Assembly (NCBI GenBank): GCA_039680575.1
Contig: JBDKSP010000080.1
Coordinates: 1 to 34,372 of the forward strand
Reading direction: 5' to 3'
Origin: Armatimonadota bacterium
GTDB lineage: Bacteria > Armatimonadota > UBA5829 > DTLH01
DNA length: 34,372 nucleotides
Shown here: piece by piece, positions 1-11,805 of the stretch
How the letters are laid out: every line of letters begins with the position of its first letter
How positions within the stretch are numbered: the stretch's first letter is position 1
Program-made: the position numbers and the translations under genes
Notes under the pieces: model-generated
Databases searched by the model: none
What the model was told of the DNA's origin: nothing
Seen by the model: the letters and a program-made list of their open reading frames with translations, nothing else

Positions 1-1
1 A

Positions 2-133
2 GAGCTGGGTGTACCGATCTGCGATGAGGAAAGCAAGATGAGCTATGCCGGTTTCACGGCACGATTATTGGCTCACCCCTCAGTCTGTGCCCCAAACTGG
101 CAACCGATTTGGACATATCGCAACGAACTCTGA
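2..133 (+). CDS. possible 3' end of an upstream gene (partial, unknown product)
   Basis: Open frame from the window edge, ELGVPICDEESKMSYAGFTARLLAHPSVCAPNWQPIWTYRNEL*, ending TGA at 131-133 just before a promoter; no recognisable motif. Confidence 0.3.
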   Translation, partial: ELGVPICDEESKMSYAGFTARLLAHPSVCAPNWQPIWTYRNEL

Positions 134-145
134 ACTCTTACTTAT

Positions 146-174
146 TTGACTTAGAACGCTAAAAATGGTAGACT
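146..174 (+). promoter_or_regulatory. sigma70-type promoter with extended -10
   Basis: TTGACT (146-151), 17-nt spacer, TG-n-TAGACT (169-174); upstream of the HAD-thiD-pyrG run and supports ATG 201 as the real start. Confidence 0.65.
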
Positions 175-200
175 TTCTGCTTGGTGAGGAAGGTACCAGG

Positions 201-1006
201 ATGTTAAAAGAACCTCAAATGTATGTGTTCGATCTCGATGGTGTAATATACCGTGGAGACATGCCTCTACCGCATGCCAGTGAAACATTGCGGGAACTCA
301 GGCACCGCAACCGCAAAATCTTCTTCTTTACCAACAACGCCACTAAATCGCGCGAAGACTATCGCTCAAAGCTGGAAAGAATGGGGATTTCAGCCCCGCT
401 GGACGAGATCATGACCTCAGCCTATGCCACATCGCTCTACTTCAAGGAAAGCGACAAACTCGGCGGGCGCGTGTACGTGGTCGGTGAGGCTGGACTCGTA
501 AGAGAGATGGAGTCTGCGGGGATGGAAGTCGTCAGAAACGGCGATTCCGCACATATCGACTTCGTAGTAGTCGGACTGGACAGGCAGTTTACTTATGACA
601 AGCTCGCAAAAGCCCAGCAGGCTATTCTAGGCGGGGCCGAGTTCGTCGCAACTAATACAGACTCAACGTTTCCTATTGAAGACGGCGTCGTCATCCCCGG
701 CGGAGGATCGATCGTCAGTGCGGTTGCTACGGCGTCAGGAGTCGAACCGTTTGTGGTCGGAAAGCCGCGCACATACGCACTGAAGAAGATTATCGAAATA
801 GCCGAAAGCACTCCCGATAGAAGCGTTATGGTCGGGGACAGGCTCGAAACGGATGTACTCGGCGGCAACCGGATGGGTATGCCCACCGTGCTTATTACGA
901 CAGGCGTCTCTACCCGGAGCGATGCGGAAAACACATCCGGTGATATGAGACCGTCAAGGGTAATCGACGACCTGATCGAGCTTCTGGACGAGTCGGAGAC
1001 CATGCG

Positions 1007-1010
<4 letters not shown>
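201..1010 (+). CDS. HAD-superfamily subfamily IIA hydrolase (NagD-like phosphatase)
   Basis: Motifs FDLDGVIY, FTNNAT, ATNTD, VGKP, MVGDRLETD. Start moved to ATG 201 (SD GAGGAAGG); the ORF-track start at 165 overlaps the promoter. Confidence 0.9.
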
Positions 1011-3486
<2,476 letters not shown>

Positions 3487-3495
3487 ATAAAATAC

Positions 3496-3525
3496 TTGAT
3501 AGCTTACCTGATAGTATGATATAAC
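3496..3525 (+). promoter_or_regulatory. putative sigma70 promoter
   Basis: TTGATA (3496-3501), 18-nt spacer, TG-a-TATAAC (3520-3525) in an AT-rich gap before the paralogue pair. Confidence 0.45.
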
Positions 3526-3580
3526 CGGGTGTATCGACAATTTGTACGCTCGGTTATTTTCATTACAATGGAGTGGCACT

Positions 3581-4633
3581 ATGACATCGGCTCGCAAACG
3601 CAGCTCATTCATCATATTCCTTATAATCGCATCCATGGGGCTTTTATCCGCCCAGTTGTCATCAGCAGCTGTAAAAAAAATGGTAAAGAAACCATCAGCG
3701 AAACCAAAGGTAAAGCTCGCATCGACTGCTAAACCGGATGCTGAACCAATCGAGTTTCTGTTCTTGCCGCCTGATGGAACGACATATGTAGAATCATTCA
3801 AAGGGACAAGAATTACAAGCGTAGACGGGTTAAAGCGTATCCCGGAGACCACCGAGTGGAAGACGCGCGTCACCATCACCAGGACTACCGATGGTTATCA
3901 CGTTGTTCGGACTCCGATCTCCTACTCTACGAGCGATATCGATGAAGAATCGATGCAAGCCATAATTTCACGGTGTCTTAGAACAGCCAAGATTGAATAC
4001 GATCTCGAACTGACCGGTTATTGTTCCAGAGTCACAGGAATGGACAAAGTAGTCGAAGATGTAAGGGCAAAAGTAGAAAAGCTGGAAAAGAATAATGGTA
4101 TAATCTACGACCCCGAAGACAGCGAAGATATCGATAAGGAATATGCCGATCTGCTCAAATCCCTTACTTCCTCGGAAGAAGGCACATGGAGCTCGAGATA
4201 TATGCAACTGATGGGACTCTATGTGAAACCTGGGGAGTCCATGGAAGAAGGACATGAGATGTCCATATTCTACGGGTTATCTTCACCCGGAACGATCGCA
4301 ACTGAGGTATTGGGGACGCAGAAAACCGGCAATCACGACTGTGTAAAAGTGCAGTATACGATGCATACGAACAACGACAAGCCTAATAAGTTCACAGAGC
4401 AAATGCTAAAAATGATGTTTCTGTCCTATACCGCGGTAAGATCCAGTTATTACGGCATTTCGCGCTTCTCTGCAGCGGCAAAGATGGAATGTGTTGTCGA
4501 CCCGGCCACATTACTTTTGCACTCCGAGTCTTCCAAATCCAACTCAGTAGTAGAAATAGCTTTTGAGAACGACATGAAAACTTCGCTTGCTTTCGATGAA
4601 TACGAACAGTATACTTTTGAATACGAAAAATAG
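3581..4633 (+). CDS. secreted hypothetical protein, tandem paralogue 1
   Basis: ATG 3581 with SD GGAG; signal peptide (RKR, then FIIFLIIASMGLLSAQLSSA); Lys/Pro-rich linker; shares several blocks with the next ORF. Confidence 0.75.
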   Translation: MTSARKRSSFIIFLIIASMGLLSAQLSSAAVKKMVKKPSAKPKVKLASTAKPDAEPIEFLFLPPDGTTYVESFKGTRITSVDGLKRIPETTEWKTRVTITRTTDGYHVVRTPISYSTSDIDEESMQAIISRCLRTAKIEYDLELTGYCSRVTGMDKVVEDVRAKVEKLEKNNGIIYDPEDSEDIDKEYADLLKSLTSSEEGTWSSRYMQLMGLYVKPGESMEEGHEMSIFYGLSSPGTIATEVLGTQKTGNHDCVKVQYTMHTNNDKPNKFTEQMLKMMFLSYTAVRSSYYGISRFSAAAKMECVVDPATLLLHSESSKSNSVVEIAFENDMKTSLAFDEYEQYTFEYEK

Positions 4634-4649
4634 ATGGAGGTGCCTGACG

Positions 4650-5627
4650 GTGAACTCAAATACGATTAAATCCATGTACATAGTCTTGATTATCGCCGTA
4701 TTAACACTTGCCGCTGGTTATGCGCAGGCAGCAACAGCAAAGACGAGTGAAGGAATAGCCTTCAGGTTCAATCCCCCTGATGGGATCACCTTCACCGAAA
4801 CAGGCAAGCACACTACCAAAGAGTATTTCTATGGTATTGCCTCCAAACCTGTTGTTATAACCACCAAGGCAAGGATAACTATCAAAAAGACCGACAAGGG
4901 ATACCGTGCATCCAGAATTCCTCTTTATTACAATGTCGAAGGTAATTCTTCAACAAATAAGAGCACCACTACAGATGCAATATTGAAATATCTCGATTGT
5001 ACGGTGCTGGAATATGAGCTTAACAAAGATGGCGAATGCATCGGGATCCTGGGACTCGAAAAGCTGATCGATGATATAGAAATAGAAGTGAGAAAAGTAG
5101 CCCCTCCGGGAATGCAGCTGAACCCGGAAGTGCTCATGTCGATGATAGCATCGGTAGAATCTATCGAAGCCGTACGCTGGAATGAGAAATTCGGCTATAT
5201 GACCGGATATTACATGAACGTGGGAGAGTCCATAAAGACATCGACACCTCAAGAACTCCCCCATAGTGGAGATCTGGTAAAAGCGAACTGTGTGATAAAA
5301 CTCTCTGAGCTTGTCAAAAAGGGAGGAAAAGAACTCGCTAAAATTCAATACAGTTCTTCGCTGGATAATGAAGCATTGAGTGATTGGTACAACAAATCCG
5401 GCGCATTTATGATCGGTTCCAATTCAGGTGCTTCATATGAGGCTATGGAAGTATCCAGCGCTGAACGGAAAGATAAAATAGAGCATACAATCTATCTTTC
5501 CACTCAACTTCCGTACTTTATCTCATCGAAGTCTACGATGAAAGTCGTAGGCTCTATATCCGATACCAGCAATATACGTTACTCATACGAGGAGTGGGAG
5601 CAGTACACTTACGATTATTCCAAATGA
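4650..5627 (+). CDS. secreted hypothetical protein, tandem paralogue 2
   Basis: GTG 4650 preceded by GGAGGTG; signal peptide ending AGYAQA; shared blocks FRFNPPDG, LEYELNKDGEC, WEQYTYDYSK. Confidence 0.75.
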   Translation: MNSNTIKSMYIVLIIAVLTLAAGYAQAATAKTSEGIAFRFNPPDGITFTETGKHTTKEYFYGIASKPVVITTKARITIKKTDKGYRASRIPLYYNVEGNSSTNKSTTTDAILKYLDCTVLEYELNKDGECIGILGLEKLIDDIEIEVRKVAPPGMQLNPEVLMSMIASVESIEAVRWNEKFGYMTGYYMNVGESIKTSTPQELPHSGDLVKANCVIKLSELVKKGGKELAKIQYSSSLDNEALSDWYNKSGAFMIGSNSGASYEAMEVSSAERKDKIEHTIYLSTQLPYFISSKSTMKVVGSISDTSNIRYSYEEWEQYTYDYSK

Positions 5628-5752
5628 CCAGAAACGCTATTATTCGACGTTTCGATAAGGCCATCTTTACCGTATATATCCTAATGGCGGCGCGCCTACC
5701 GCACGCTGACTAACGGGAATCGGTATTATTCCCATGAAATGAGTTCGCATAA

Positions 5753-6151
5753 GTGGAAAGTGAAGGATGGCTCAGGCTGAGAAAAGATTCCGAAGCTAAC
5801 TGGGTGCAGGCAAGGGCAGACTATGCGACTGCCGTCACTCTCCTTGATGCCGGTGTCTACTATGCCAGTGTATTCTTCAGCCAGCAAGCTGCTGAAAAGG
5901 CACTAAAGGCATATACTATCGACAAAACGGGCAAGAGCCCCAAGGGTCACAACCTGATTCAAATGGCTAACAATCTGGACGCCCCACTTGAGGTCATGAA
6001 CGCCACCGCAGAGTTGAACCCTGAGTTCCTGGCAACGAGAAACCCGGAAGCGTCGGACGGCGTGCCCGCGCAGATCTATGACCGCAAAAGTGCAAGGCTG
6101 CATCTCAGGTCAGCTCAGACCGTAGTAGACTGGATCAAATCTGTTATTTAA
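5753..6151 (+). CDS. HEPN domain protein (COG2250-like), no adjacent MNT partner
   Basis: ARADYATA..LL..G.YYASVFFSQQAAEKALKA, PKGHNL, and ATRNP in the RYP position; all-helical, about 130 aa. Start uncertain. Confidence 0.8.
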   Translation: MESEGWLRLRKDSEANWVQARADYATAVTLLDAGVYYASVFFSQQAAEKALKAYTIDKTGKSPKGHNLIQMANNLDAPLEVMNATAELNPEFLATRNPEASDGVPAQIYDRKSARLHLRSAQTVVDWIKSVI

Positions 6152-6282
6152 TGAGATTTCCGGTAACACCTGAAATCTCCAAAAAGATTTTCGGCAATGG
6201 ACAGCATACGATTAAGCTGACTAGCTGAAAGTCTATAACCCACACTATTCACTAGCAATGCAGGCTGAGGAAATCAAATAAC

Positions 6283-7803
6283 GTGAGTTATCTTTTAGGA
6301 ATAGATGTCGGCACCAGTGGTGTTAAAGCTCTGCTGGTCGATCCTGCAAGGGACGGGTTTACAGCAAGCTCCGCAACAAAGACTTATCCCCTCTTCACGC
6401 CGAACCCACTGTGGGCGGAGCAAAACCCCGAAGATTGGTGGAATGCTGCCCTTGCCGCAATCGGTGACGCAATGCGGCAGAGGGGTATTTCGGGCAAAGA
6501 CATCAAAGGCATCGGACTGAGCGGCCAGATGCACGGAGCTGTGTTTCTCGATGAAGCTAACCAGGTTATCCGGCCAAGCATCCTGTGGTGCGATCAACGA
6601 ACAGCAGTTGAGTGCGACTGGATCACTGAGAAAATCGGCGCGGAACGTATAATCGAGCTCATCAGCAACCCGGTGCTTACGGGATTCACTGCCGGAAAGA
6701 TCATCTGGCTGCGAAACAACGAACCTGAGGCATATTCCCGCGTCAAAAAGGTCCTGCTTCCAAAGGACTACATACGTCTCAGGCTTTCGGGTGAATATGC
6801 TACAGATGTCTCCGACGCCTCCGGAACGGCTCTCTTCAACGTCAAGGGACGGACCTGGTCTGGTGAGATGCTGGATGCGCTTAATATTCCAGGGGAGTGG
6901 ATGCCCCGCGTTTATGAGTCACCGGAGATAACCGGCCGGATAACCGCCGAAGCTGCTGCTGTTTCCGGTCTCGAACCCGGCACACCTGTTGTCGCAGGCG
7001 GCGGTGACAACGCCGCAAGCGCCGTTGGGAATGGGATAGTAGAGCCGGGATTAGTCTTCTCATCGATCGGAACATCCGGTGTCGTCTTCGCTTATGCCGA
7101 TGAGCCTGTCGTCGACCCAAAACTGCGCGTCCACACATTCTGTCATGCAGTCCCGGGCAAATGGCATGTGATGGGAGTGGTCCTGTCTGCCGGAGGCAGC
7201 CTCAGATGGTACAGAGACACTTTTTGCGAAGCTGAAAATGCAGTTGCCGGGCATACTAATCGTGACACTTATGATATACTATCAGAGGAAGCAGACGGTG
7301 TCCCTCCTGGGTGCGAAGGTCTCGTCTTTTTACCGTATTTGACCGGCGAGAGGACCCCTCACGCCGATCCTTACGCGCGCGGTGTCTTTTTCGGCATCAC
7401 GCTCAGGCATAGCAAGCCGTATTTCGCGCGAGCCGTGATGGAAGGTGTGAGCTATGCAATGAGGGACTCTTTTGAGATCATGAAAGAGATGGGGGTTCCG
7501 CTGACTCAGGTCCGTGCTACCGGCGGCGGAGCCAGAAGCGCTCTCTGGAGACAGATAGAAGCCGATATTACCGGCAAGGAGCATGTCACTGTCAATACCG
7601 AAGAAGGACCGGCTTTCGGAGCCGCACTCCTCGCCGGAGTCGGAACAGGCGTTTATCCGAGTGTAATTGAGGCTTGTAAGTCTGCCATCCGTGTGGAAAA
7701 ATCTACTGAGCCAATTCAAAATAACATCCCGATATACGAGCGATACTACCGTGTTTACCAGGATCTTTATAAATCGCTCAAACCGGACTTCAGGCTGGTA
7801 TAG
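6283..7803 (+). CDS. xylB: xylulokinase (FGGY family)
   Basis: LGIDVGTSGVKA, GLSGQMHG, ILWCDQRT, LLPKDYI, TDVSDASGT, GGGDNAA, FLPYLTGERTPH, GGGARS. Confidence 0.92.
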   Translation: MSYLLGIDVGTSGVKALLVDPARDGFTASSATKTYPLFTPNPLWAEQNPEDWWNAALAAIGDAMRQRGISGKDIKGIGLSGQMHGAVFLDEANQVIRPSILWCDQRTAVECDWITEKIGAERIIELISNPVLTGFTAGKIIWLRNNEPEAYSRVKKVLLPKDYIRLRLSGEYATDVSDASGTALFNVKGRTWSGEMLDALNIPGEWMPRVYESPEITGRITAEAAAVSGLEPGTPVVAGGGDNAASAVGNGIVEPGLVFSSIGTSGVVFAYADEPVVDPKLRVHTFCHAVPGKWHVMGVVLSAGGSLRWYRDTFCEAENAVAGHTNRDTYDILSEEADGVPPGCEGLVFLPYLTGERTPHADPYARGVFFGITLRHSKPYFARAVMEGVSYAMRDSFEIMKEMGVPLTQVRATGGGARSALWRQIEADITGKEHVTVNTEEGPAFGAALLAGVGTGVYPSVIEACKSAIRVEKSTEPIQNNIPIYERYYRVYQDLYKSLKPDFRLV

Positions 7804-7812
7804 AGCTAGCCC

Positions 7813-7877
7813 GCTTTATTCGTGAAACGAATAAAGCTCTCACTAAAACAGTGTTATTCACTAGAAACGTGAATAAT
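7813..7877 (+). other. two related intergenic hairpins/palindromes
   Basis: GCTTTATTCG-tgaaa-CGAATAAAGC (7813-7837) and TTATTCAC-tagaaac-GTGAATAA (7854-7876); no U-tract. Confidence 0.5.
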
Positions 7878-7898
7878 GCGGGTTAGGAGATTTTGAAT

Positions 7899-8543
7899 AT
7901 GAAGTTTTTCGTCGACACTGCCAATGTCGAAAACATCCGAAAGGCCTGCTCCTGGGGCGTGGTTGACGGCGTGACAACCAACCCGTCTCTTGTTGCCAAA
8001 GAAGGCCGCGACTTCAAGAAGACAATTCTCGAGATCTGCAGCATTATCAATGGCCCCGTAAGCGCAGAAGTAGTCAGTCTCGACGCTGAGGGTATGGTCC
8101 GGGAAGCGCGCGAGATCGTAGAATGGCATGAGAATATAGTCATAAAGATCCCTATGACAAAGGATGGTATGATTGCGGTCCGCAAGCTGTCAGAAGAAGG
8201 GATCCGAACCAATGTGACTCTTATCTTTTCTCTGAACCAGGCGCTTATCGCCGCCAAAGCCGGAGCAACCTACATAAGCGTCTTTGTCGGGAGGCTCGAT
8301 GACGTAGGACACGAAGGAATGGATGTCGTCCACGACACAGTACAGATGCTGGACACATATTCGTTCGATTCCGAAGTGATTGTGGCAAGCGTACGCCATC
8401 CCCTTCACGTGGTCCAGGCAGCCAGAGTCGGCGCGCAAGTCTGCACAATCCCGTTTGCTGTGCTCGACCAGATGTTCAATCACCCATTGACAGATGCAGG
8501 GATAGAAAAGTTTTTAAAAGACTGGGAATCGGTTCCCAAATAA
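7899..8543 (+). CDS. tal: transaldolase (short Tal/FSA family)
   Basis: [21 protein letters not shown], catalytic [26 protein letters not shown]. The Glu in SAEV and Phe in FVGR indicate transaldolase rather than FSA. ATG 7899 with SD AGGAG. Confidence 0.9.
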   Translation: MKFFVDTANVENIRKACSWGVVDGVTTNPSLVAKEGRDFKKTILEICSIINGPVSAEVVSLDAEGMVREAREIVEWHENIVIKIPMTKDGMIAVRKLSEEGIRTNVTLIFSLNQALIAAKAGATYISVFVGRLDDVGHEGMDVVHDTVQMLDTYSFDSEVIVASVRHPLHVVQAARVGAQVCTIPFAVLDQMFNHPLTDAGIEKFLKDWESVPK

Positions 8544-8668
8544 TGGGTTTCATCAATAGCCGATATACGATTGGTTGTTAACTGAACAGCCATAAATCTA
8601 TAGATACAAAACATTACTCACCGGCCTGGTATGCCAGCAACCGGTCTGAAATTCAAGGGTGAATCAGA

Positions 8669-9781
8669 GTGATTATTGGAATTCCGAAAGAAGTCAAAGT
8701 AGAAGAGGACCGCGTAGCTGCGGTCCCGGCAATCGTGGAGTCGCTTGTGCGCTCAGGTCACGAGGTTATCGTCGAGACCTGCGCGGGATGCGGTATCGGC
8801 CTTACAGATGACGATTATAAGGATGCAGGCGCAAAGATTGCGGCAACTCCGTCAGAAGTATATGCTTCCGCCGATATGATCGTGAAGGTAAAAGAGCCCC
8901 TCCCGCAGGAATATGGGCTCATCAAGAACGGCCAGGTGCTGTTTACTTACTTCCACCTTGCCGCGGATCAGGAACTGACCAAAGCCATGATGGCCAGCGG
9001 CGCTGTCTGTATAGCCTACGAGACGATTGAGGCGCCAGACGGCTCGCTGCCGCTCCTTACACCTATGAGTGAGGTCGCGGGCAGGATGGCGGTCCAGGAG
9101 GGCGCAAAATACCTTGAGCACCCGATGGGCGGCAAAGGTGTTCTGCTTGGCGGAGTCCCCGGTGTCGCACCTGCTAATGTAGTCGTTATAGGCGGCGGTA
9201 TTGCAGGCACAAGTGCCGCAAAGATCGCAGCCGGTATGGGCGCTAATGTCATAGTTATCGACATAAACATAGACAGACTTAGATATCTCGACGAGATACT
9301 GCCGGCGAATGTTCGGACCCTTATGTCCAATCATTACAACATCCGCTCGGCAGTTAAGAATGCGGACCTCGTGATTGGTTCAGTGCTGCGGCATGGAGCA
9401 AAAACTCCTGTTCTCGTGACCCGCGAGATGCTGAAGCTGATGAAGCCGAAGTCCGTGATCGTCGATATAGCAGTCGACCAGGGCGGATGCTTCGAGACAA
9501 CACATCCGACTACGCATACCGATCCGACATTCGTCGAAGAGGGTATTATACACTACTGCGTGGCCAACATGCCCGGTGCAGTTGCACACACATCGACTTA
9601 CGCGCTTACGAATGCAACTGCTCCTTATATCCTGCAGCTTGCAAACAAAGGCTGGAAGCAGGCGCTTAAGGACAATCCCGGACTTCTCAAGGGGCTTAAC
9701 ACCGCTTACGGCAAGTTGACCATACCTGAAGTAGCGAATCTCTTCGGCTATGAGTCATATACACCGGAATCGGTGATGTAG
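8669..9781 (+). CDS. ald: alanine dehydrogenase
   Basis: IGIPKEVK, KVKEP, FTYFHLA, PLLTPMSEVAGR, IGGGIAG, DIAVDQGGCFET, HYCVANMPGAV. Confidence 0.96.
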   Translation: MIIGIPKEVKVEEDRVAAVPAIVESLVRSGHEVIVETCAGCGIGLTDDDYKDAGAKIAATPSEVYASADMIVKVKEPLPQEYGLIKNGQVLFTYFHLAADQELTKAMMASGAVCIAYETIEAPDGSLPLLTPMSEVAGRMAVQEGAKYLEHPMGGKGVLLGGVPGVAPANVVVIGGGIAGTSAAKIAAGMGANVIVIDINIDRLRYLDEILPANVRTLMSNHYNIRSAVKNADLVIGSVLRHGAKTPVLVTREMLKLMKPKSVIVDIAVDQGGCFETTHPTTHTDPTFVEEGIIHYCVANMPGAVAHTSTYALTNATAPYILQLANKGWKQALKDNPGLLKGLNTAYGKLTIPEVANLFGYESYTPESVM

Positions 9782-9826
9782 TTATCGCCACTCATAGTGA
9801 ATGCGGTATTAGCCGAATAAAATATC

Positions 9827-9854
9827 AAAGGCGGGGTTTAGACCCCGCCTTTTT
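9827..9854 (+). terminator. rho-independent terminator after ald
   Basis: AAAGGCGGGGT-TTAG-ACCCCGCCTTT followed by further T residues. Confidence 0.8.
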
Positions 9855-9884
9855 CGTCCAAAAGAGACTTTGAGGGGAAAGCAT

Positions 9885-11210
9885 ATGATACTTCGAGCGC
9901 ACGTCATCATGCCTATAACAGAAGACCCGATAGAAGGCGGGGAAATCTTTATTAAGGATGGCCGGATTGAGGCTATCGGAGAGGATTTATCGGCTGCTTT
10001 ACCGGATGAGCCTGTCGAGGATTTAGGCCACGCCGCAATACTCCCCGGTCTCGTGAATGTACACACACATCTGGACTATACCGTCCTGAGAGGGATTGTA
10101 GACGATGAGCCGTTCATGCCATGGATTCGGCGGTTGACGGACATCGGTAAGGAGATGCAGCCTGAAGACTTTCTTACGTCTGCCAGTCTGGGACTGCTTC
10201 AACTCGTCCGTTCCGGTGTAACAACTATAGGAGACTCCACATTCTCCGGCGCTGTCGTCGAAGCAGCGCGCGAAGCAGGACTGAGAGGCATCGTCTATCA
10301 GGAGACCTTCGGCGCTGACCCAAGCCGGGACTACAAAGAACAAGTTGATCTGCTGGCTGAAAAAATGGCGGAACTACGAGGCAATTCGGGAGACCGAATT
10401 ACTATCGGGGTATCTCCTCATTCCGTCTACACTTCCAGCGAGCGGCTTCTCAGGCTGGTAGCCGACCTTGCGCTCGACCAGGGGCTTCCTGTCGCCCTCC
10501 ACGTTTCCGAAACCCGTGATGAGGTCGTTCTGATCGAAAGCGCTGAGGGACATATAGCCGATTTCTACAAGCTGTTCAGGTTCGACTTCGAGGCTCGCGG
10601 CAAATCTCCCGTAGCTTATCTTCACGAAATAGGGCTGCTCAACAGCAATACGCTGGCAGCGCACTGCGTCCACATCAATGATAATGACCTGGATATGCTC
10701 GCCGCGGATGGCACTCGCGTCGCCCACTGCCCTAAATCCAATGCGAAGCTCGCAGTAGGTACAGCGCCGCTGAAATCGATAATCGACCGGGGCATCATAA
10801 CGGGAATCGGCACCGACAGCGCTGCAAGCAACAACGCACTCGATATGTTCGAAGAAATGCGCTTTGCAGTGCTCGCGCAGAGAGCTGTTAATGAAGATGT
10901 GACTGTATTAAATGCCAAACAGATACTCGAATTGGCTACGCTTGGCGGCGCAGCCGCGCTTGGTATGGATATCGAGATTGGAAGCTTGGAGCCGGGAAAA
11001 CAAGCTGATATAATAGCTGTCGATTTGTCTTCACCAGCAGTATTTCCGACTATAGACCCCTACTCTGCCATCGTCTACTGCTGCTCGGCTTCTGATGTAA
11101 TGCTCAATATGATAGGCGGTGAGATAATCTACCGGTCCGGGCAATACTTTAGGATCGATGCAGATGAAATCAACCGGCAGGCGGCACTTACGGCAGCGAA
11201 GATTCAATAA
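9885..11210 (+). CDS. metal-dependent amidohydrolase, MtaD/SsnA (MTA/SAH deaminase-like) family
   Basis: PGLVNVHTHL, PHSVYT, LHVSET, AHCVH, HCPKSNAKLA, GTDSAASNN, GSLEPGKQAD; ATG 9885 after GAGGGG. Confidence 0.85.
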   Translation: MILRAHVIMPITEDPIEGGEIFIKDGRIEAIGEDLSAALPDEPVEDLGHAAILPGLVNVHTHLDYTVLRGIVDDEPFMPWIRRLTDIGKEMQPEDFLTSASLGLLQLVRSGVTTIGDSTFSGAVVEAAREAGLRGIVYQETFGADPSRDYKEQVDLLAEKMAELRGNSGDRITIGVSPHSVYTSSERLLRLVADLALDQGLPVALHVSETRDEVVLIESAEGHIADFYKLFRFDFEARGKSPVAYLHEIGLLNSNTLAAHCVHINDNDLDMLAADGTRVAHCPKSNAKLAVGTAPLKSIIDRGIITGIGTDSAASNNALDMFEEMRFAVLAQRAVNEDVTVLNAKQILELATLGGAAALGMDIEIGSLEPGKQADIIAVDLSSPAVFPTIDPYSAIVYCCSASDVMLNMIGGEIIYRSGQYFRIDADEINRQAALTAAKIQ

Positions 11211-11619
11211 AACCCAGTTTCCGAAACCGATCGAGTATTGCTGGAGTCAGATCGTATTTACCCAGGTCATCGAACGGCACCCATCTGCATTCCGTCGCGT
11301 CTGTAGCGGCTGCAGCAGCCCCTGACACTACCGTTCCGAAGTAATCGAGCAGGATATAGTGAAAAAGAATGGTATCGTCCTGCTTTACGATAAGGTCTGA
11401 CACTCCCGCGAACTCACCGACATCGATTACAAGCCCGGTTTCTTCGAGGGTTTCGCGCTTTACGGCCTCTTCGATCGTTTCACCGATCTCCATACTCCCG
11501 CCGGGTATGGACCACTTTCCGAGATTGGGCTCAGCGCCGCGCTTGATGAGGAGAATTTCTCTGTTTCTGACTATGATGGCTGCAACAGCCGGTACAGGAT
11601 GCTTCATTCCGCTATGCAT
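11188..11619 (-). CDS. Nudix hydrolase
   Basis: Nudix box GGSMEIGETIEEAVKRETLEETGL; convergent 23-nt overlap with the amidohydrolase gene. Confidence 0.9.
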   Translation of the reverse strand: MHSGMKHPVPAVAAIIVRNREILLIKRGAEPNLGKWSIPGGSMEIGETIEEAVKRETLEETGLVIDVGEFAGVSDLIVKQDDTILFHYILLDYFGTVVSGAAAAATDATECRWVPFDDLGKYDLTPAILDRFRKLGFIESSLP

Positions 11620-11805
11620 ACATAGTTATTCTTCAAATAAAGCTAACTGACCTTCAAACGAGAAGGATTTTGAGCATAAAATGGCGCAGTTTAAGAAGTG
11701 TGTCAGCACAATCTCTGACTATCGCAAGACCGGCAGTAAGAAGTGCGTGCCGGTTGGGTAAGAACGAGTTGACAGCGATCATAAACCTGTAAAAGAGGAT
11801 TCGAT

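Noticed and set aside
8540..8566. Sigma28 promoter upstream of ald (GCCGATAT at 8559-8566)
   Set aside because: Good -10 box but no convincing -35 box at the right spacing.
11729..11755. Hairpin ACCGGCA...TGCCGGT upstream of deoC as a riboswitch
   Set aside because: A single 7-bp stem with no recognisable aptamer features.
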